The position numbers and the translations under genes were made by a program. From Rhodoluna sp. (GTDB lineage Bacteria > Actinomycetota > Actinomycetes > Actinomycetales > Microbacteriaceae): DNA of 57,150 nucleotides. The number at the start of each line of letters is the position of its first letter. The stretch's first letter is position 1. Location of the stretch: contig JBMOFL010000001.1 in assembly GCA_049314335.1 (NCBI GenBank), positions 1 to 57,150 on the forward strand, read 5' to 3'. Below, piece by piece: positions 29,649 through 42,148 of the stretch. Under the pieces are notes generated by a model that had not been told where the DNA came from, ran no database searches, and worked only from the letters and a program-made list of their open reading frames with translations.

Positions 29649-31508
29649 TTAGTTATCCGAATCAGCCAGTGTCTGGGCTATGGAAGCAGCTAAAACAGGC
29701 CCAATCCCCGCTACTTCGGCTATTTCATCAACGCTCGCAACTCTTAGTCGTTTGGCGGACCCAAACCTTCTCAGGAGGGCTGAGACCCGCTTCTCCCCAA
29801 GCCCCTCGATAGCACCGAGCTCGGTGGCAATGCTGGATTTGCGTTGTTTTCGTTGGGCAGTGATGGCGAAACGGTGAGCCTCATCACGGATGCGTTGCAG
29901 TAGGAACAGGGACTCGGACCCTCTTGGCAAGATAACCGGGAATGGATTGTTCGGAAGCCAAATCTCCTCAAGTCGTTTGGCTAGACCAATGACCGCGAGA
30001 TCCTTAACACCGCTATCTTCTAGGGCTCTAGCAGCTGCATTAACCTGAGGTTGTCCTCCATCGACCACCAGCAAGCCAGGTCGATAACTGAACTTATTCT
30101 CGTTGTCTTCAACTCCGGCAACTAGATACTTCAGTCTTCTCGAGAGCGTTTGGTACAGGGACTCGGTGTCATCGCTTGATGACTCGATGTTGAATTTTCG
30201 ATACAAGTTCTTCTTAGGCAAACCATCTTCAAATACAACCATCGATGAAACAATTCCAGTTCCACCTAGATGTGAAACGTCGAAACACTCTATGCGAAGA
30301 GGAGCCGTAGTGAGGTTTAGTGCTTTTTGCAGTTCCGATAAAGCCTCACTTCTCGCGCTGAAATCTGCTGTTCTGCGCATCTTGTACAGTCCCAACGCAT
30401 GCTTCGCATTGGTGTGAGCTGTTTCTGCTAAAGCGCGTTTATCTCCTCGCTGCGGGATTCTTAGATCTACTTTGGCTCCTCGAATCTCTGATAACCATTG
30501 ACCAAGGGCCTCGGCGTCAGCAGGTAGCACAGGTACCAAGACTTCGCGCGGAACATCTGATGCGAAGGTAGCATCTTTGCCATAAACGTTTTGGAGAAGG
30601 TACTCGACCAGTTCGCTTTGGTCACGCTCAAGTTCTTTATCAACAACCCAGCCTCTGACTCCACGAATTCTTCCACCACGAACCCTGAATAAACTCACTG
30701 CAGCTGCGAGTTCATCGTCGGCAACTCCGAACAAATCGGCATCTGTTTGATCTGTGAAAACAACCGTGCTTTTCTCAAGGACCGTGTCCAAGGCGTAAAT
30801 GTTGTCTCGTAGTTTGGCTGCCAGCTCAAAATTATTCTCGTCAGATGCCTTCAGCATTCTGGCTCTAAGCGTTTCGACATGCGACTCATCTCCGCTTTGT
30901 AAGAAGTCCGCGAATCCTTTTGCGAGTTCCTTGTGCTTCTCTGGAGTTGTTCTTTCAACACATGGAGCTGCGCACTTACCGATGTCAGCTAATAGACAAG
31001 GACGGTTAGTCGACTTAGCAGTGTTGAATACCCCTATGGAACAAGAACGAATAGGAAAAACCTTGAGCATGCTGTCCAAAGTGTCTCTGATTGCCCAGGC
31101 TTGAGTGTATGGACCAAAGTATTTGGCACCCTTGATGTCTCTGTTTCTTGTGATGAAGACCCTAGGAATCTTGTCAGCAATCGTGATTGCTAGATATGGA
31201 TAGGACTTATCGTCTTTGAATCTCACGTTGAAAGGCGGATTGAATTCTTTGATCCAAGTGAACTCAAGTTGCAAAGCTTCGAACTCTGTTTTGACTATCG
31301 TCCAGTTAACATCTCTTGATGCAGTGACCATGCGACGAGTCTTCTCTTGCAGAGTGTTTAGTGGGGCAAAATATGAAGTCAGCCTTGCTCGCAGGTTCTT
31401 AGCCTTGCCAACATAAAGAACTCTGCCTGTTTCATCAAGGAATCTATAAACTCCTGGATTGGTAGGTATCTCAGAGCTCTTTGGTCTAAAGCTGAGGTCG
31501 TTAGCCAT
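29649..31508 (-). CDS. uvrC: Excinuclease ABC subunit C
   Basis: GIY-YIG (GVY..YVGKA), [23 protein letters not shown]-terminal HhH. Confidence 0.97.
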   Translation of the reverse strand: MANDLSFRPKSSEIPTNPGVYRFLDETGRVLYVGKAKNLRARLTSYFAPLNTLQEKTRRMVTASRDVNWTIVKTEFEALQLEFTWIKEFNPPFNVRFKDDKSYPYLAITIADKIPRVFITRNRDIKGAKYFGPYTQAWAIRDTLDSMLKVFPIRSCSIGVFNTAKSTNRPCLLADIGKCAAPCVERTTPEKHKELAKGFADFLQSGDESHVETLRARMLKASDENNFELAAKLRDNIYALDTVLEKSTVVFTDQTDADLFGVADDELAAAVSLFRVRGGRIRGVRGWVVDKELERDQSELVEYLLQNVYGKDATFASDVPREVLVPVLPADAEALGQWLSEIRGAKVDLRIPQRGDKRALAETAHTNAKHALGLYKMRRTADFSARSEALSELQKALNLTTAPLRIECFDVSHLGGTGIVSSMVVFEDGLPKKNLYRKFNIESSSDDTESLYQTLSRRLKYLVAGVEDNENKFSYRPGLLVVDGGQPQVNAAARALEDSGVKDLAVIGLAKRLEEIWLPNNPFPVILPRGSESLFLLQRIRDEAHRFAITAQRKQRKSSIATELGAIEGLGEKRVSALLRRFGSAKRLRVASVDEIAEVAGIGPVLAASIAQTLADSDN

Positions 31509-31510
31509 GT

Positions 31511-34372
31511 CTAACTAAGAATTTCCTTGAGGAACTTGCCCGTATGTGACTTTGTCGACTTGGCTATTTGCTCTGGTGTTCCTACCGCAACAACTTCCCC
31601 ACCACGTGAGCCACCTTCAGGACCAATGTCGACAACCCAGTCTGAACTCTTGATTACATCAAGGTTGTGTTCAATCACAATCACAGTGTTGCCTTTATCA
31701 ACAAGACCGTTTAACACCAACAACAACTTGCGAACATCTTCGAAGTGCAAACCAGTTGTTGGTTCATCAAGCACATAGATGCTCCTGCCATAGGAGCGTT
31801 TCTGCAGTTCGGTAGCCAGTTTCACTCTTTGAGCTTCGCCACCAGACAGCGTGGTGGCGCTCTGACCTAAACGAACGTAACCCAAACCAACATCAACCAA
31901 AGTGTCCAGGTACCTTGAGATAGAGGTAATTGCAGCGAAGAACTCCGCACCTTCGGCAATAGGCATCTCAAGGACTTCTGCGATTGATTTGCCCTTGTAT
32001 TTGACTTGAAGTGTTTCTCTGTTGTATCGAGCACCGTGGCAAACTTCGCACGAAACATAAACATCAGGAAGGAAGTTCATCTCAATCTTTAGAGTGCCAT
32101 CACCGCTGCAAGCCTCACAACGACCACCCTTAACGTTGAAGGAGAATCTGCCCTGCTGATAACCACGAGCCTTAGATTCTTGTGTGTCTGCGAATAGTTT
32201 GCGAATGTGATCGAAGACACCTGTATAGGTAGCGGGGTTCGAGCGAGGGGTTCTACCAATAGGGTTCTGGTCTACGTGAACTACTTTGTCTAGCTGATCT
32301 AGCCCTTCAACTCTGGTGTGCTTTCCAGCAACTCCCTTAGCTCCATTGAGTTTGTTAGCTAGAACCTCATAGAGCACATCGTTGACAAGCGATGACTTCC
32401 CTGAACCACTAACCCCAGTAACCGATGTGAACGTGCCGAGAGGGAAGGTTACGTCTATGTTCTTGAGGTTATTCTCTCGAGCACCAACCACGTTGATTAG
32501 GCGACTCTCATCAATCGGACGGCGCTTCTTTGGCGTTTCAATCGATTCCCTGCCACTTAGGAATGCGCCGGTTACTGAATCCTTATTGGTGAGAATAGCT
32601 TTATAGCTTCCACTGTGGACGACTTCACCACCGTGGATACCAGCACCAGGTCCAATGTCAACTAGCCAATCAGCTGCCTTGATGGTGTCCTCATCGTGTT
32701 CAACGACAATCAAAGTGTTACCAAGGTTCTTGAGCTTGATCAACGTTTCAATTAAGCGCATGTTGTCTCGTTGGTGCAAACCAATGCTTGGCTCGTCAAG
32801 CACATATAAAACACCGGTTAGTCCTGCACCGATTTGAGTGGCTAAACGTATGCGTTGCGCCTCACCACCGGAGAGAGTTGCTGCTGCTCTTTCTAGAGAA
32901 AGGTAATCAAGGCCAACCGCAATCAAGAAATCTAGCCTCGACCTGATCTCTCGCAGCACCTGAGCAGCAATCTTCTCATCACGCTTGTCCAGCTTAAGTT
33001 TTTCGAAGAATGCGAATGACTCTCCCAAGCTCATAAAGCAAACATCAGCGATAGAGCTGTTGCCAACCTTAACTGCTAAAACCTCGGGTCTGAGTCTGGC
33101 CCCATTACAGTCTGGACAAGGAGTTTCTCTTAGATACTCAGACCACCTACCCCTTGCCCAATCATTGTCTGCCTCTAGGTATTTACGTTCAATGTAATTA
33201 ACAGCACCTTCAAAACCAGTGGTGTACTTGAGTTCACGCCCGTACTTGTTCTTCCACTTCATTTGAACTTCGAAGTTATTGCCATAAAGAACTGCGTCTT
33301 GGATTTCTTCAGGTAGATCTGACCAAGCTGTATTTAGTGAGAAATCTAAATCTTTGGCAAGTCCTGCGAGCAATCTCGTGTAGTAGGAGAACAAACCTTT
33401 ACCTTGAGTTGACCAAGGTCGAATAACACCACCGTTGATTGATTCCGAAACATCACCAATAATCAGCTCTCTATCGACAGCCATCTTCACACCAAGGCCA
33501 GAACACTTAGGGCATGCTCCAAATGGCGCATTGAACGAGAAGGTTCTAGGTTCAATCTCGGTTAGAGCCAAAGTATGTTCATTAGGGCAAGACATCTTCT
33601 CGCTAAAGTTGCGAAACTTACCGTCACCTTTGACATCAACAAAGTCAATCGTGAGTCTTCCACTAGCTACCTTTAGAGCTGTCTCGACAGAGTCAGTTAG
33701 TCGCTGGGTGATGTCATCTTTGGCTACCAAACGGTCGATAACAACTGAGATATCGTGCTTGTATGTTTTGCGAAGTGGTTTTGCGTCAGTTAGCTGAACT
33801 ACTTCCCCATCCACTACGGCTCTAGCGAAGCCCTGGCTGATTAGCTCACGGAAGAGATCAGAGAACTCTCCCTTCTTTTGGTCAACGACCTGAGCAAGTA
33901 TCTGGTACTTGGTTCCAGTCTTGAACTGCATAATCTGATCAACAATTTGTTGCGCGGTTTGCTTTGTTATCTTCTCGCCACATTCGGAGCAGTGTGGAAC
34001 TCCGATACGAGCCCAAAGCAACCTTAGATAGTCGTGGATCTCGGTAATTGTTCCAACTGTGGATCTAGGGTTTCGGTTAGTTGATTTCTGGTCGATGGAA
34101 ACTGCAGGACTTAGACCCTCAATGAAATCTACGTCCGGGCGATCTACTTGCCCAAGAAACTGTCTCGCATAAGCACTAAGCGATTCAACATATCGTCTTT
34201 GACCTTCAGCAAATATCGTGTCAAATGCCAGTGAGGACTTTCCCGAACCACTCAAGCCGGTAAAAACGACCATAGCGTTCTTCGGTATCTCTAGGTTCAG
34301 GTTCTTGAGGTTATGAACCCGTGCACCCTTGATTACAAGCTTCTCTTTAGTGGGGATGGCGATGTGCGGCAT
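31511..34372 (-). CDS. uvrA: Excinuclease ABC subunit A
   Basis: [18 protein letters not shown], two LSGGEAQR signatures, Zn fingers. Confidence 0.98.
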   Translation of the reverse strand: MPHIAIPTKEKLVIKGARVHNLKNLNLEIPKNAMVVFTGLSGSGKSSLAFDTIFAEGQRRYVESLSAYARQFLGQVDRPDVDFIEGLSPAVSIDQKSTNRNPRSTVGTITEIHDYLRLLWARIGVPHCSECGEKITKQTAQQIVDQIMQFKTGTKYQILAQVVDQKKGEFSDLFRELISQGFARAVVDGEVVQLTDAKPLRKTYKHDISVVIDRLVAKDDITQRLTDSVETALKVASGRLTIDFVDVKGDGKFRNFSEKMSCPNEHTLALTEIEPRTFSFNAPFGACPKCSGLGVKMAVDRELIIGDVSESINGGVIRPWSTQGKGLFSYYTRLLAGLAKDLDFSLNTAWSDLPEEIQDAVLYGNNFEVQMKWKNKYGRELKYTTGFEGAVNYIERKYLEADNDWARGRWSEYLRETPCPDCNGARLRPEVLAVKVGNSSIADVCFMSLGESFAFFEKLKLDKRDEKIAAQVLREIRSRLDFLIAVGLDYLSLERAAATLSGGEAQRIRLATQIGAGLTGVLYVLDEPSIGLHQRDNMRLIETLIKLKNLGNTLIVVEHDEDTIKAADWLVDIGPGAGIHGGEVVHSGSYKAILTNKDSVTGAFLSGRESIETPKKRRPIDESRLINVVGARENNLKNIDVTFPLGTFTSVTGVSGSGKSSLVNDVLYEVLANKLNGAKGVAGKHTRVEGLDQLDKVVHVDQNPIGRTPRSNPATYTGVFDHIRKLFADTQESKARGYQQGRFSFNVKGGRCEACSGDGTLKIEMNFLPDVYVSCEVCHGARYNRETLQVKYKGKSIAEVLEMPIAEGAEFFAAITSISRYLDTLVDVGLGYVRLGQSATTLSGGEAQRVKLATELQKRSYGRSIYVLDEPTTGLHFEDVRKLLLVLNGLVDKGNTVIVIEHNLDVIKSSDWVVDIGPEGGSRGGEVVAVGTPEQIAKSTKSHTGKFLKEILS

Positions 34373-34399
34373 TGGTACAGTTTAACGCCACTGGCACGG

Positions 34400-36463
34400 C
34401 TAAACCTTGTCTATCTGCCTAAGCGTGTACTTGAGTTCGCTGATTTCGTCTCGAAGTCTGGCCGCTAGTTCGAACTTGAGTTCAGCAGCAGCCGATTTCA
34501 TCTGCTGATCGAGGTCAACTACAAGATCTAACAACTCATCGTAACTGGCGTTCTGGTTCGGGCGAGCCTTAAGCGGGCTGATTGCCTTGTTGCCAGTTCG
34601 CTTGGTCTTTGCGTTTTCTAGAAGCTCAGCGGTGTCCTGCTCTTCCCTAAGAATGCTGTCAGTAATGTCAGCTATCTTCTTGCGAAGCGGTTGCGGATCA
34701 ACTCCCTTTTCAAGGTTGTAGGCAACCTGTTTTTCTCTCCTGCGATTGGTCTCATCTATCGCCCTAGCCATCGAATCAGTGATTCGATCTGCATACATGT
34801 GAACCTCACCACTTACGTTACGAGCTGCTCGACCTATAGTTTGAATCAGCGATGTAGTAGATCGAAGGAAACCTTCCTTGTCTGCATCCAGAATGCTCAC
34901 CAAAGAAACCTCTGGAAGGTCGAGACCTTCTCTAAGTAGGTTGATTCCAACCAGCACATCGTAAACGCCGCTTCGAAGTTCTCTTAGAAGTTCGACTCTT
35001 CTTAAGGTGTCAACGTCGCTGTGCAGGTATCTGACTCGCACACCTGCCTCTGTGAGGAACTCAGTTAGTTCCTCCGACATCTTCTTTGTGAGAGTAGTTA
35101 CTAGAACCCGCTCATCTTTGGCAGCGCGAATACGAATCTCTTCCAATAGATCGTCTATTTGGCCCTTTGAAGGTTTGACAACAATCTGTGGATCGATAAG
35201 TCCCGTAGGTCTAATGATCTGTTCCACAGTTCCATCAGCAACACCTAGCTCGTACTTACCAGGAGTTGCAGAAAGATAAACAGTTTGACCTACGCGATCT
35301 AAGAACTCAGGCCACTTCAATGGCCTGTTGTCCATAGCGGAAGGCAAACGAAATCCATGCTCCACAAGTGTTCTCTTACGAGACGAATCCCCCTCATACA
35401 TCGCTCCAATCTGCGGAACGGTTACGTGTGACTCGTCAATGACGGTGAGGAAATCTTCAGGAAAGTAATCAAGTAAACAGGAAGGTGAAGAACCTGGCTC
35501 TCGACCATCTAAATGGCGAGAATAGTTCTCGATACCGCTGCAGAAACCTAACTCGCGAATCATTTCGAGGTCGAAGGTGGTTCTCATCTTGATTCGTTGA
35601 GCTTCTAGTAGCTTTCCTTGAATCTCGAACTCTTTTACTCGAGCTGCCATTTCTTCTTCGATGGCTTCTAGTGCCGGACCCATACGCTCAGCAGAAGTTA
35701 CGTAGTAACTAGCAGGATAAACAGAGATGGTGTCCATGGCTCTAACGATCTCTCCGGTGAGAGGATGCAACTGGTAAATATTCTCAATATCATCGCCAAA
35801 GAGTTCTAACCGAATAGCTAGTTCATCATAGACAGGAATGATTTCAATAGTGTCACCTTTGACTCTGAAGTTACCTCGCGAGAAGTCATAATCATTGCGC
35901 TGGTACTGCATTGCTACGAACTCTCGAATCAGCTCATCACGGTCAATTGTCTGCCCTTTATGAAGTGGCATGGACATGTCCAAGTATTCGCTCGGTGCTC
36001 CTAGTCCATAGATGCAAGATACGGTTGAGACAACTACTACATCTCTTCTGGACAAAAGGCTCATAGTGGCGGAGTATCGAAGACGTTCAACTTCTTCGTT
36101 AATCGAAGAATCCTTTTCAATAAACGTATCGGTTTGTGGAACATAAGCTTCAGGCTGGTAGTAGTCGTAGTAGCTTACAAAGTACTCGACAGCGTTGTTA
36201 GGTAAGAGTTCTCTGAACTCGTTGACCAGTTGCGCAGCTAGGGTCTTATTGTGTGCAAGCACCAATGTCGGACGCTGAAGTTTTTCGATTAGCCAAGCAG
36301 TAGTTGCTGATTTTCCAGTTCCAGTAGCACCGAGTAGGACGACGTCTTTCTCTCCGTTGTTGATACGTTCTGTTAGTTCTGCGATTGCTGTTGGTTGGTC
36401 ACCGGAAGGTGTGTATTCGCTGATTACTTGGAAAGGAGCGAAAGTTCTGGTTGGCCCCTTCAA
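34400..36463 (-). CDS. uvrB: Excinuclease ABC subunit B
   Basis: [18 protein letters not shown] beta-hairpin, [14 protein letters not shown]-terminal UVR domain. Confidence 0.98.
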   Translation of the reverse strand: MKGPTRTFAPFQVISEYTPSGDQPTAIAELTERINNGEKDVVLLGATGTGKSATTAWLIEKLQRPTLVLAHNKTLAAQLVNEFRELLPNNAVEYFVSYYDYYQPEAYVPQTDTFIEKDSSINEEVERLRYSATMSLLSRRDVVVVSTVSCIYGLGAPSEYLDMSMPLHKGQTIDRDELIREFVAMQYQRNDYDFSRGNFRVKGDTIEIIPVYDELAIRLELFGDDIENIYQLHPLTGEIVRAMDTISVYPASYYVTSAERMGPALEAIEEEMAARVKEFEIQGKLLEAQRIKMRTTFDLEMIRELGFCSGIENYSRHLDGREPGSSPSCLLDYFPEDFLTVIDESHVTVPQIGAMYEGDSSRKRTLVEHGFRLPSAMDNRPLKWPEFLDRVGQTVYLSATPGKYELGVADGTVEQIIRPTGLIDPQIVVKPSKGQIDDLLEEIRIRAAKDERVLVTTLTKKMSEELTEFLTEAGVRVRYLHSDVDTLRRVELLRELRSGVYDVLVGINLLREGLDLPEVSLVSILDADKEGFLRSTTSLIQTIGRAARNVSGEVHMYADRITDSMARAIDETNRRREKQVAYNLEKGVDPQPLRKKIADITDSILREEQDTAELLENAKTKRTGNKAISPLKARPNQNASYDELLDLVVDLDQQMKSAAAELKFELAARLRDEISELKYTLRQIDKV

Positions 36464-37068
36464 TCTCTTCCTCGTTCGTTCTTGGCTCTAAAAGAATCAA
36501 ATAATCTGGTTGCATCTGCTGTAAGACCCGCTAGAGACTGATTGGAATTCAGAATGTGATCAGCTTTGGCGGCTCTCTCGACGGCACTTGCTTGGGACTT
36601 AATTCGAGCAAGTGCCTGCTCAAGAGTCATGCCTCTGGAACTCACGAGCCTCTGAGCTCGCTCCGATTCAGGGGCTTCCACACTCACAATCACATCAAAC
36701 GGTAATTCAACGTTTGCCTCAACCAAGAGCGGAACTGTGTAGATAACAATCGAATCGTTCGGAACGCTCTTCAAAATCTCCTGTGCTCTTTGGCGCACTA
36801 AAGGATGAACGATAGATTCCAAAACCTTTCTTTGCGAATCATTGTTGAAAACAATCTCGCCCAAAGCTTTCCTATCAAGTGAACCTGAGTCGTCAAACAC
36901 CGACTCCCCGAAGTGCTCCTTGATCTTTGCTAAGCCAGCGCTACCAGGCTTGATAACCTCTCTGGCCAGCACATCGGCATCAATCTCAATCGCTCCCAAG
37001 GATACCCAGATGCTAGCAACGGTAGATTTACCAGCTGCGATTCCTCCAGTAAGACCAATCAAGAACAT
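36460..37068 (-). CDS. coaE: Dephospho-CoA kinase
   Basis: [35 protein letters not shown]. Confidence 0.95.
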   Translation of the reverse strand: MFLIGLTGGIAAGKSTVASIWVSLGAIEIDADVLAREVIKPGSAGLAKIKEHFGESVFDDSGSLDRKALGEIVFNNDSQRKVLESIVHPLVRQRAQEILKSVPNDSIVIYTVPLLVEANVELPFDVIVSVEAPESERAQRLVSSRGMTLEQALARIKSQASAVERAAKADHILNSNQSLAGLTADATRLFDSFRAKNERGRD

Positions 37069-37095
37069 GCTCTAAGCCTAACCCCAAGTTAAATG

Positions 37096-37131
37096 AAAGT
37101 CGGGTTGAGCCTTATGGCCCAACCCGACTTT
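37096..37131 (-). terminator. Intrinsic terminator of rpsA
   Basis: Minus strand AAAGTCGGGTTGGGCC-ATAA-GGCTCAACCCGACTTT followed by CATTT, just after the rpsA stop. Confidence 0.85.
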
Positions 37132-37143
37132 GAGTTCTTAAAA

Positions 37144-38616
37144 CTACTCTGCGCTCTTTAGTTGGTCGCGAAGTGCAGATAGTGCCTCGTCTTCAGAAAG
37201 AGTTCCCTCTGAAGCAGTGACACCTTCAGATGAAGATGAGGTAGTTGTGCTGGCCTGAACTTCTGGCTTCACATCAGGAAGTGTTGCTGCAAGAGCATTA
37301 GCTGCTGCAACCTGCTTCTTGTGCTCTTCCCAGCGAGCGTGAGCTTCAGCGTATTCCTTCTCCCACTTAGCCTTCGCACCTTCGAATCCAGGCTTCCACT
37401 CGCTAGTTTCAGAGTTGAATCCTTCTGGGTACTTGTAGTTACCCTGGTCGTCGAAGTCAGTAGCCAATCCGTAAAGAGCTGGATTGAAGTCAGTTCCCTC
37501 TGGGTTTACTTCTTCAGTTGCCTGCTTCAATGACAGTGAAATACGACGGCGATCTAGATCTATGTCGATAACCTTTACGAATACATCTTGGTTTACAGTT
37601 ACAACCTGGCTAGCAAGATCGATGTGCTTTGCAGATAGTTCACTAATGTGAACTAGACCTTCAATGCCATCTGCAACACGAACGAAAGCTCCGAATGGAA
37701 CAATCTTTGTGACTACACCAGGTGCGTACTGACCGATTGCGTGTGATCTAGCAAATACCTGCCATGGGTCTTCCTGTGTTGCCTTGAGTGATAGCGATAC
37801 ACGCTCTCTCTCGCCATCAACTTCAAGAACCTCAACAGTTACTTCCTGTCCGATCTCAACAACTTCGCTTGCGTGCTCAATGTGCTTCCATGAAAGCTCG
37901 CTTACGTGAACTAGACCGTCAACACCGCCGAGATCAATGAATGCACCAAAGTTCACGATAGATGAAACAACACCCGTGCGAATCTGACCCTTAGCAAGAT
38001 CTGCTAGGAATGTGCTGCGGTTAGCAGACTGTGACTCTTCTAGAAGAGCTCTGCGTGAAAGAACAACGTTGTTGCGGTTCTTGTCTAGTTCCAAAATCTT
38101 TGCGTCAACATTTTGACCAAGGTAAGGAGTTAGATCGCGAACGCGACGAAGTTCGATTAGAGATGCTGGAAGGAATCCACGGAGACCGATGTCAACGATA
38201 AGTCCACCCTTAACAACTTCGATTACCAAACCGGTAACGACGCCATCGGTTTCCTTAATCTTTTCTACATCGCCCCACGCGCGTTCGTACTGAGCGCGCT
38301 TCTTGGAAAGAATTAGTCGGCCCTCTTTGTCTTCTTTCTGAAGAACAAGTGCCTCGATAACATCACCGACAGCAACAATGTCGCCTGGGGCTGCATCGTG
38401 TCGGATTGATAGTTCGCGAGAAGGAATCACACCTTCAGTTTTGTAACCTACGTCGAGAAGAACTTCGTCGCGGTCAATCTTGACAACGATACCCGCGATT
38501 AGATCGCCGTCGTTGAAAGATTTTAGGGTTTTTTCGATTTCTGCTAATAGCTCTTCAGCTGTGCCGATGTCGTTTACTGCTACCTGCTTAGGAGCTTTGT
38601 CGGTGCTACTTGTCAT
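37144..38616 (-). CDS. rpsA: 30S ribosomal protein S1 (four S1 domains, actinobacterial type)
   Basis: KTEGVIPSRELS, LILSKKRAQYERAW, VDGLVHVSELSW, YKYPEGF tail. Confidence 0.97.
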   Translation of the reverse strand: MTSSTDKAPKQVAVNDIGTAEELLAEIEKTLKSFNDGDLIAGIVVKIDRDEVLLDVGYKTEGVIPSRELSIRHDAAPGDIVAVGDVIEALVLQKEDKEGRLILSKKRAQYERAWGDVEKIKETDGVVTGLVIEVVKGGLIVDIGLRGFLPASLIELRRVRDLTPYLGQNVDAKILELDKNRNNVVLSRRALLEESQSANRSTFLADLAKGQIRTGVVSSIVNFGAFIDLGGVDGLVHVSELSWKHIEHASEVVEIGQEVTVEVLEVDGERERVSLSLKATQEDPWQVFARSHAIGQYAPGVVTKIVPFGAFVRVADGIEGLVHISELSAKHIDLASQVVTVNQDVFVKVIDIDLDRRRISLSLKQATEEVNPEGTDFNPALYGLATDFDDQGNYKYPEGFNSETSEWKPGFEGAKAKWEKEYAEAHARWEEHKKQVAAANALAATLPDVKPEVQASTTTSSSSEGVTASEGTLSEDEALSALRDQLKSAE

Positions 38617-38738
38617 AGAGAGGTTGTCTCGATCTTGTTTTTACTCGGGCCAATCACCGCTATCACTACAGGCGTAGCAACTCACAGCAATTGAACTTGG
38701 ACTGGGTTTGTTAGGCCCAAAAAGGGCCTTGGGCAAGT

Positions 38739-39005
38739 CTATACGGTCTTTTCGCCTGAAACAATGCGGACTAAAGACTCTAGGACAGCGCTCTCATCCG
38801 GACCATCGACTTCAATAACGAGCTCTTCGCCGTGCTTTGCGCCAAGGCTTAGCACGCCAAGAATGCTTGTTCCAATTGCTTTCTTACCTGAACGGTTTAC
38901 TAGGTGAACCTTATGACCACTTTGCGTGGCAACCCTGACGAAGTCAGCCGCAGGCCTGGCGTGTAAGCCAACCTCCGGACCAACAGTTACTGAGCCCTTA
39001 ACCAC
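38739..39005 (-). CDS. ptsH: HPr family phosphocarrier protein
   Basis: GLHARPA (His15) and TSILGVLSLG (Ser46 region), 88 aa. Confidence 0.9.
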   Translation of the reverse strand: MVKGSVTVGPEVGLHARPAADFVRVATQSGHKVHLVNRSGKKAIGTSILGVLSLGAKHGEELVIEVDGPDESAVLESLVRIVSGEKTV

Positions 39006-41671
39006 TAGTGGGCAGCCTCATCCCAGCTCTTTCCAACTCCAACGCTTACTTCTAGAGGAACAGCAAGGTTTGCCGCCTCGTTCATTCCTTGAATAACCAG
39101 AGATTTGACCTTCTCCAGTTCACCTTTAGCTACTTCAATGACCAATTCGTCATGTACCTGAAGAAGAATACGGCTTTTTACTTTCGCTTTTACCAGAGCC
39201 CTATCCACATTGATCATGGCTGTTTTCATGATATCGGCTGCAGTGCCCTGGATGGGAGCATTCAGAGCAGCCCTGCGTGCGTTCTCTTTTACTGCGAAAA
39301 TCTTGCTCTGCAAATCAGGGAAAGGCCTTCTTCGCCCTGCAATGGTCTTTGTGTAGCCGAGATCTTTCGCTTCTTCAACAACTTCACTCAGGTATCTTCT
39401 GACCCCACCGAATCGAGCGAAGTAGTCGGCCATTAGTTGCTTGGCATCCGCATTAGTGATTCTGAGCTGTTTGGCCAAACCATACTCGCTTAGTCCGTAG
39501 ACAAGTCCGTAGGACATGGCCTTAACCTTAGATCTCATAGCTCCAGTCACTTCAGCGGGCGAAACGCCGTAGATTCTTGAACCAACGAATTTGTGGAGGT
39601 CCTCGCCTGACTTGAAGGCTTCTATCAGGCCTTCATCCTGACTCAGGTGAGCGAGGATTCTCATTTCGATCTGCGAATAGTCAGCAGTTAGTAGTGTTTC
39701 GAAACCATCTCCGACGATGAATGCATCCCTAATAAGTCTTCCTCTGTCGCTTCTGACTGGGATGTTCTGCAAGTTTGGGTTCTCAGAAGAGAGCCTGCCC
39801 GTTGAAGTGCCAGTCTGAACATAAGTCGTGTGAATCCTGGCATCACTGCCAACAGACTTGCTGATTGTCTCGACTATTTGTCTAATCTTGGTCACTTCTC
39901 GATGGGCTAGCAGTTTCTCTAGGAAAGGGTGTCCGTTCTGTTCAAAAAGTGTGGTGAGTGCTTCAGCGTTAGTTGAGAAGCCAGTCTTAACTTTGCTAGT
40001 GCCCGCCATACCTAGATCTTCAAACAGCACTGTTTGCAGTTGCTTCGGGGAAGCCAGATTTATTTCTTTACCGATTATTTCGTAGCATTCAGCTGCAATC
40101 GCTGCAATCTCTTTATCGAGTTTCTTGACTAGTTTGGCAAGACCTTCAACATCTACCGTTATGCCTGTGTGCTCCATTTTCGCTAATGGGTTACTTGAAG
40201 CAAGTTCAACTTCTCTATAAACATCTGTTTGTTTTGACCTCGTAAGCACACTTGCAATTGTGCTGTTCAGCTGAAAAACGTGCCAAGCGAGCGAGGAAAG
40301 GTCCTTGTCTGGCTGCACCAACTCTTCCGCTGACTCTGTGGCGAGCTCAACACCTAAGTACTCAGCTATCAAAGCTTCAGCCTCAAAGCCTCTCCGCAGC
40401 GGGTTATCGATGTAGGCCATCAGCATTGGATCGTCTGACACGCCTTCTAGATGCTTGCCATCGCCTAGCAATGAACGCTCCGCTGCTTTAGCGTTGAATA
40501 CTATTTTTGGATGACTTGATGCAAGCCAAGCGAAGAACTCTTTGTCGAACTCCTTAGATGTTAGAGAAGTTCTTGAACTCTGATTTGCAATACCAGCCCC
40601 AAGAATGTTCTCATCACCAAAATCGAAGTAGACCGCGCTCGGCTTAGGTGAGGCGTAAATCTTGGCAAGTGACTCAGCCTTGTTCTTCGCTTCCTTAGGC
40701 ATGGATAGTTCTACTCGCGTTGAAACTTCTTCAACAATTTCTTTAGCTTCAGGCTCTGAACTTGGTGCTGGTTTACTCTCCTCGGCTACTCCTAGAGAAC
40801 GAAGCACGCGCTCAAGTAAAGATCTAAAGTGCATCTTGGCAAAGGAGTCACGAACAGCGGTCTCGTTTACAGGCTTCATTGCGAACGCGTCAAAAGAGTA
40901 TCCACAGTCAAGATCTCGCACTAGGTGATTGAGTCTCCTGTTTCGAACTGCAAGCTCTTGATGCTCTCTAAGACTCTCGCCAACCTTTCCAGGAATTTCA
41001 TTCTGTGCTGCCAATACACCGGAAAGGTCTCCATATTGCTGAAGCCACTTGGCAGCTGTCTTAGGTCCAACGCCAGGAACACCAGGCAAATTGTCTGAGG
41101 TCTCACCAACTAGGGCAGCTAAGTCTGGATACTGCTTGGCATGGATTCCATACTTTTCCAAGACAGCCGCATCGTTCATGCGCGCGAGATTCATTACGCC
41201 TTTGACTGGATAGAGAATCGTCACATCATCTTGAATTAGTTGAAATGTGTCTCTATCTCCCGAAACAATAAGAACTTTGTATCCAGCGGCAGCACCCTGA
41301 TCTGCAAGGCTAGCTATAACGTCATCTGCTTCGAAGTTCTCTCTTGTCAGAGTAAGTATGTTCATGGCCGCTAGTGCTGAAGTAAGCAACTCTGTTTGCC
41401 CATTGAACTCTGGTGGGCTTTCACCTCTAGTCCCCTTGTACTCTGGATACTCTTCAGTTCGAAACGAATGACGAGAAAGATCGAAAGCAACCGCAAGGTG
41501 TGTTGGTTTCTCGTTCTGCAGAATGTTTAGCAACATCGAAATGAAACCGTGCACTGCGTTGGTGTGCTGACCATCGGGAGTCTTAAATGCGTCTGGGCTC
41601 AACGCGTAGAACGCCCTGAATGCCAATGAGTGTCCATCAATCAGCAAAAGAGTAGGCTTGGACTTGGTCAT
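39005..41671 (-). CDS. polA: DNA polymerase I
   Basis: 5'-3' exonuclease (DGHSLAFRAFY, EADD, GETSDN), TGRLSSENPNLQNIP, DYSQIEMR, QVHDEL. Confidence 0.98.
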   Translation of the reverse strand: MTKSKPTLLLIDGHSLAFRAFYALSPDAFKTPDGQHTNAVHGFISMLLNILQNEKPTHLAVAFDLSRHSFRTEEYPEYKGTRGESPPEFNGQTELLTSALAAMNILTLTRENFEADDVIASLADQGAAAGYKVLIVSGDRDTFQLIQDDVTILYPVKGVMNLARMNDAAVLEKYGIHAKQYPDLAALVGETSDNLPGVPGVGPKTAAKWLQQYGDLSGVLAAQNEIPGKVGESLREHQELAVRNRRLNHLVRDLDCGYSFDAFAMKPVNETAVRDSFAKMHFRSLLERVLRSLGVAEESKPAPSSEPEAKEIVEEVSTRVELSMPKEAKNKAESLAKIYASPKPSAVYFDFGDENILGAGIANQSSRTSLTSKEFDKEFFAWLASSHPKIVFNAKAAERSLLGDGKHLEGVSDDPMLMAYIDNPLRRGFEAEALIAEYLGVELATESAEELVQPDKDLSSLAWHVFQLNSTIASVLTRSKQTDVYREVELASSNPLAKMEHTGITVDVEGLAKLVKKLDKEIAAIAAECYEIIGKEINLASPKQLQTVLFEDLGMAGTSKVKTGFSTNAEALTTLFEQNGHPFLEKLLAHREVTKIRQIVETISKSVGSDARIHTTYVQTGTSTGRLSSENPNLQNIPVRSDRGRLIRDAFIVGDGFETLLTADYSQIEMRILAHLSQDEGLIEAFKSGEDLHKFVGSRIYGVSPAEVTGAMRSKVKAMSYGLVYGLSEYGLAKQLRITNADAKQLMADYFARFGGVRRYLSEVVEEAKDLGYTKTIAGRRRPFPDLQSKIFAVKENARRAALNAPIQGTAADIMKTAMINVDRALVKAKVKSRILLQVHDELVIEVAKGELEKVKSLVIQGMNEAANLAVPLEVSVGVGKSWDEAAH

Positions 41672-41728
41672 TTCAATAGCCTAACTTGACCTTTGAAAAA
41701 CTATCGCCAACAGGGCTAAGAGGGAATT

Positions 41729-42148
41729 ATGTCTTCTGAATTGACTCCAGAAATGGCTGCTTGGATTGAAAAACGCGGTCTCGGCGAACTAGCAGACCGC
41801 ATGGGAATCAAGATTGTTTCCATAAATGGAACCCACGGTGTAGCTACCATGCCAGCTGAAGGAAACAAACAGCCTCTAGGTATCGTGCACGGCGGAGCCT
41901 ACGTAGTTCTTGCGGAAACCTTAGGCAGCATGTGCGCTACTTTGGCGGCTGGACCGGATAGGCATGCGGTTGGAATTGAGATCAACGCCTCACACACTAA
42001 GAGTTGTACTGAAGGAACGATTACAGCAACAGCAAGAGCAATCAATGTTGGACGTAACTTAGCTACTCACGAGGTTGTGGTCGATGATGACAAAGGCAAC
42101 AGACTCTCAACTGTTCGTATAACTAATTTTCTAAGAGATAACCGCTAG
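41729..42148 (+). CDS. PaaI/MenI-like hotdog-fold thioesterase
   Basis: QPLGIVHGGA...LAETLGS, VGIEINASH. Confidence 0.9.
   Translation: MSSELTPEMAAWIEKRGLGELADRMGIKIVSINGTHGVATMPAEGNKQPLGIVHGGAYVVLAETLGSMCATLAAGPDRHAVGIEINASHTKSCTEGTITATARAINVGRNLATHEVVVDDDKGNRLSTVRITNFLRDNR

Noticed and set aside
34373-34399. LexA (TCGAAC-N4-GTTCGA) or PafBC site upstream of uvrA, uvrB or uvrC
   Set aside because: No LexA box was seen. TGCCAG lies 6 nt from the -10, which does not fit the PafBC spacing.
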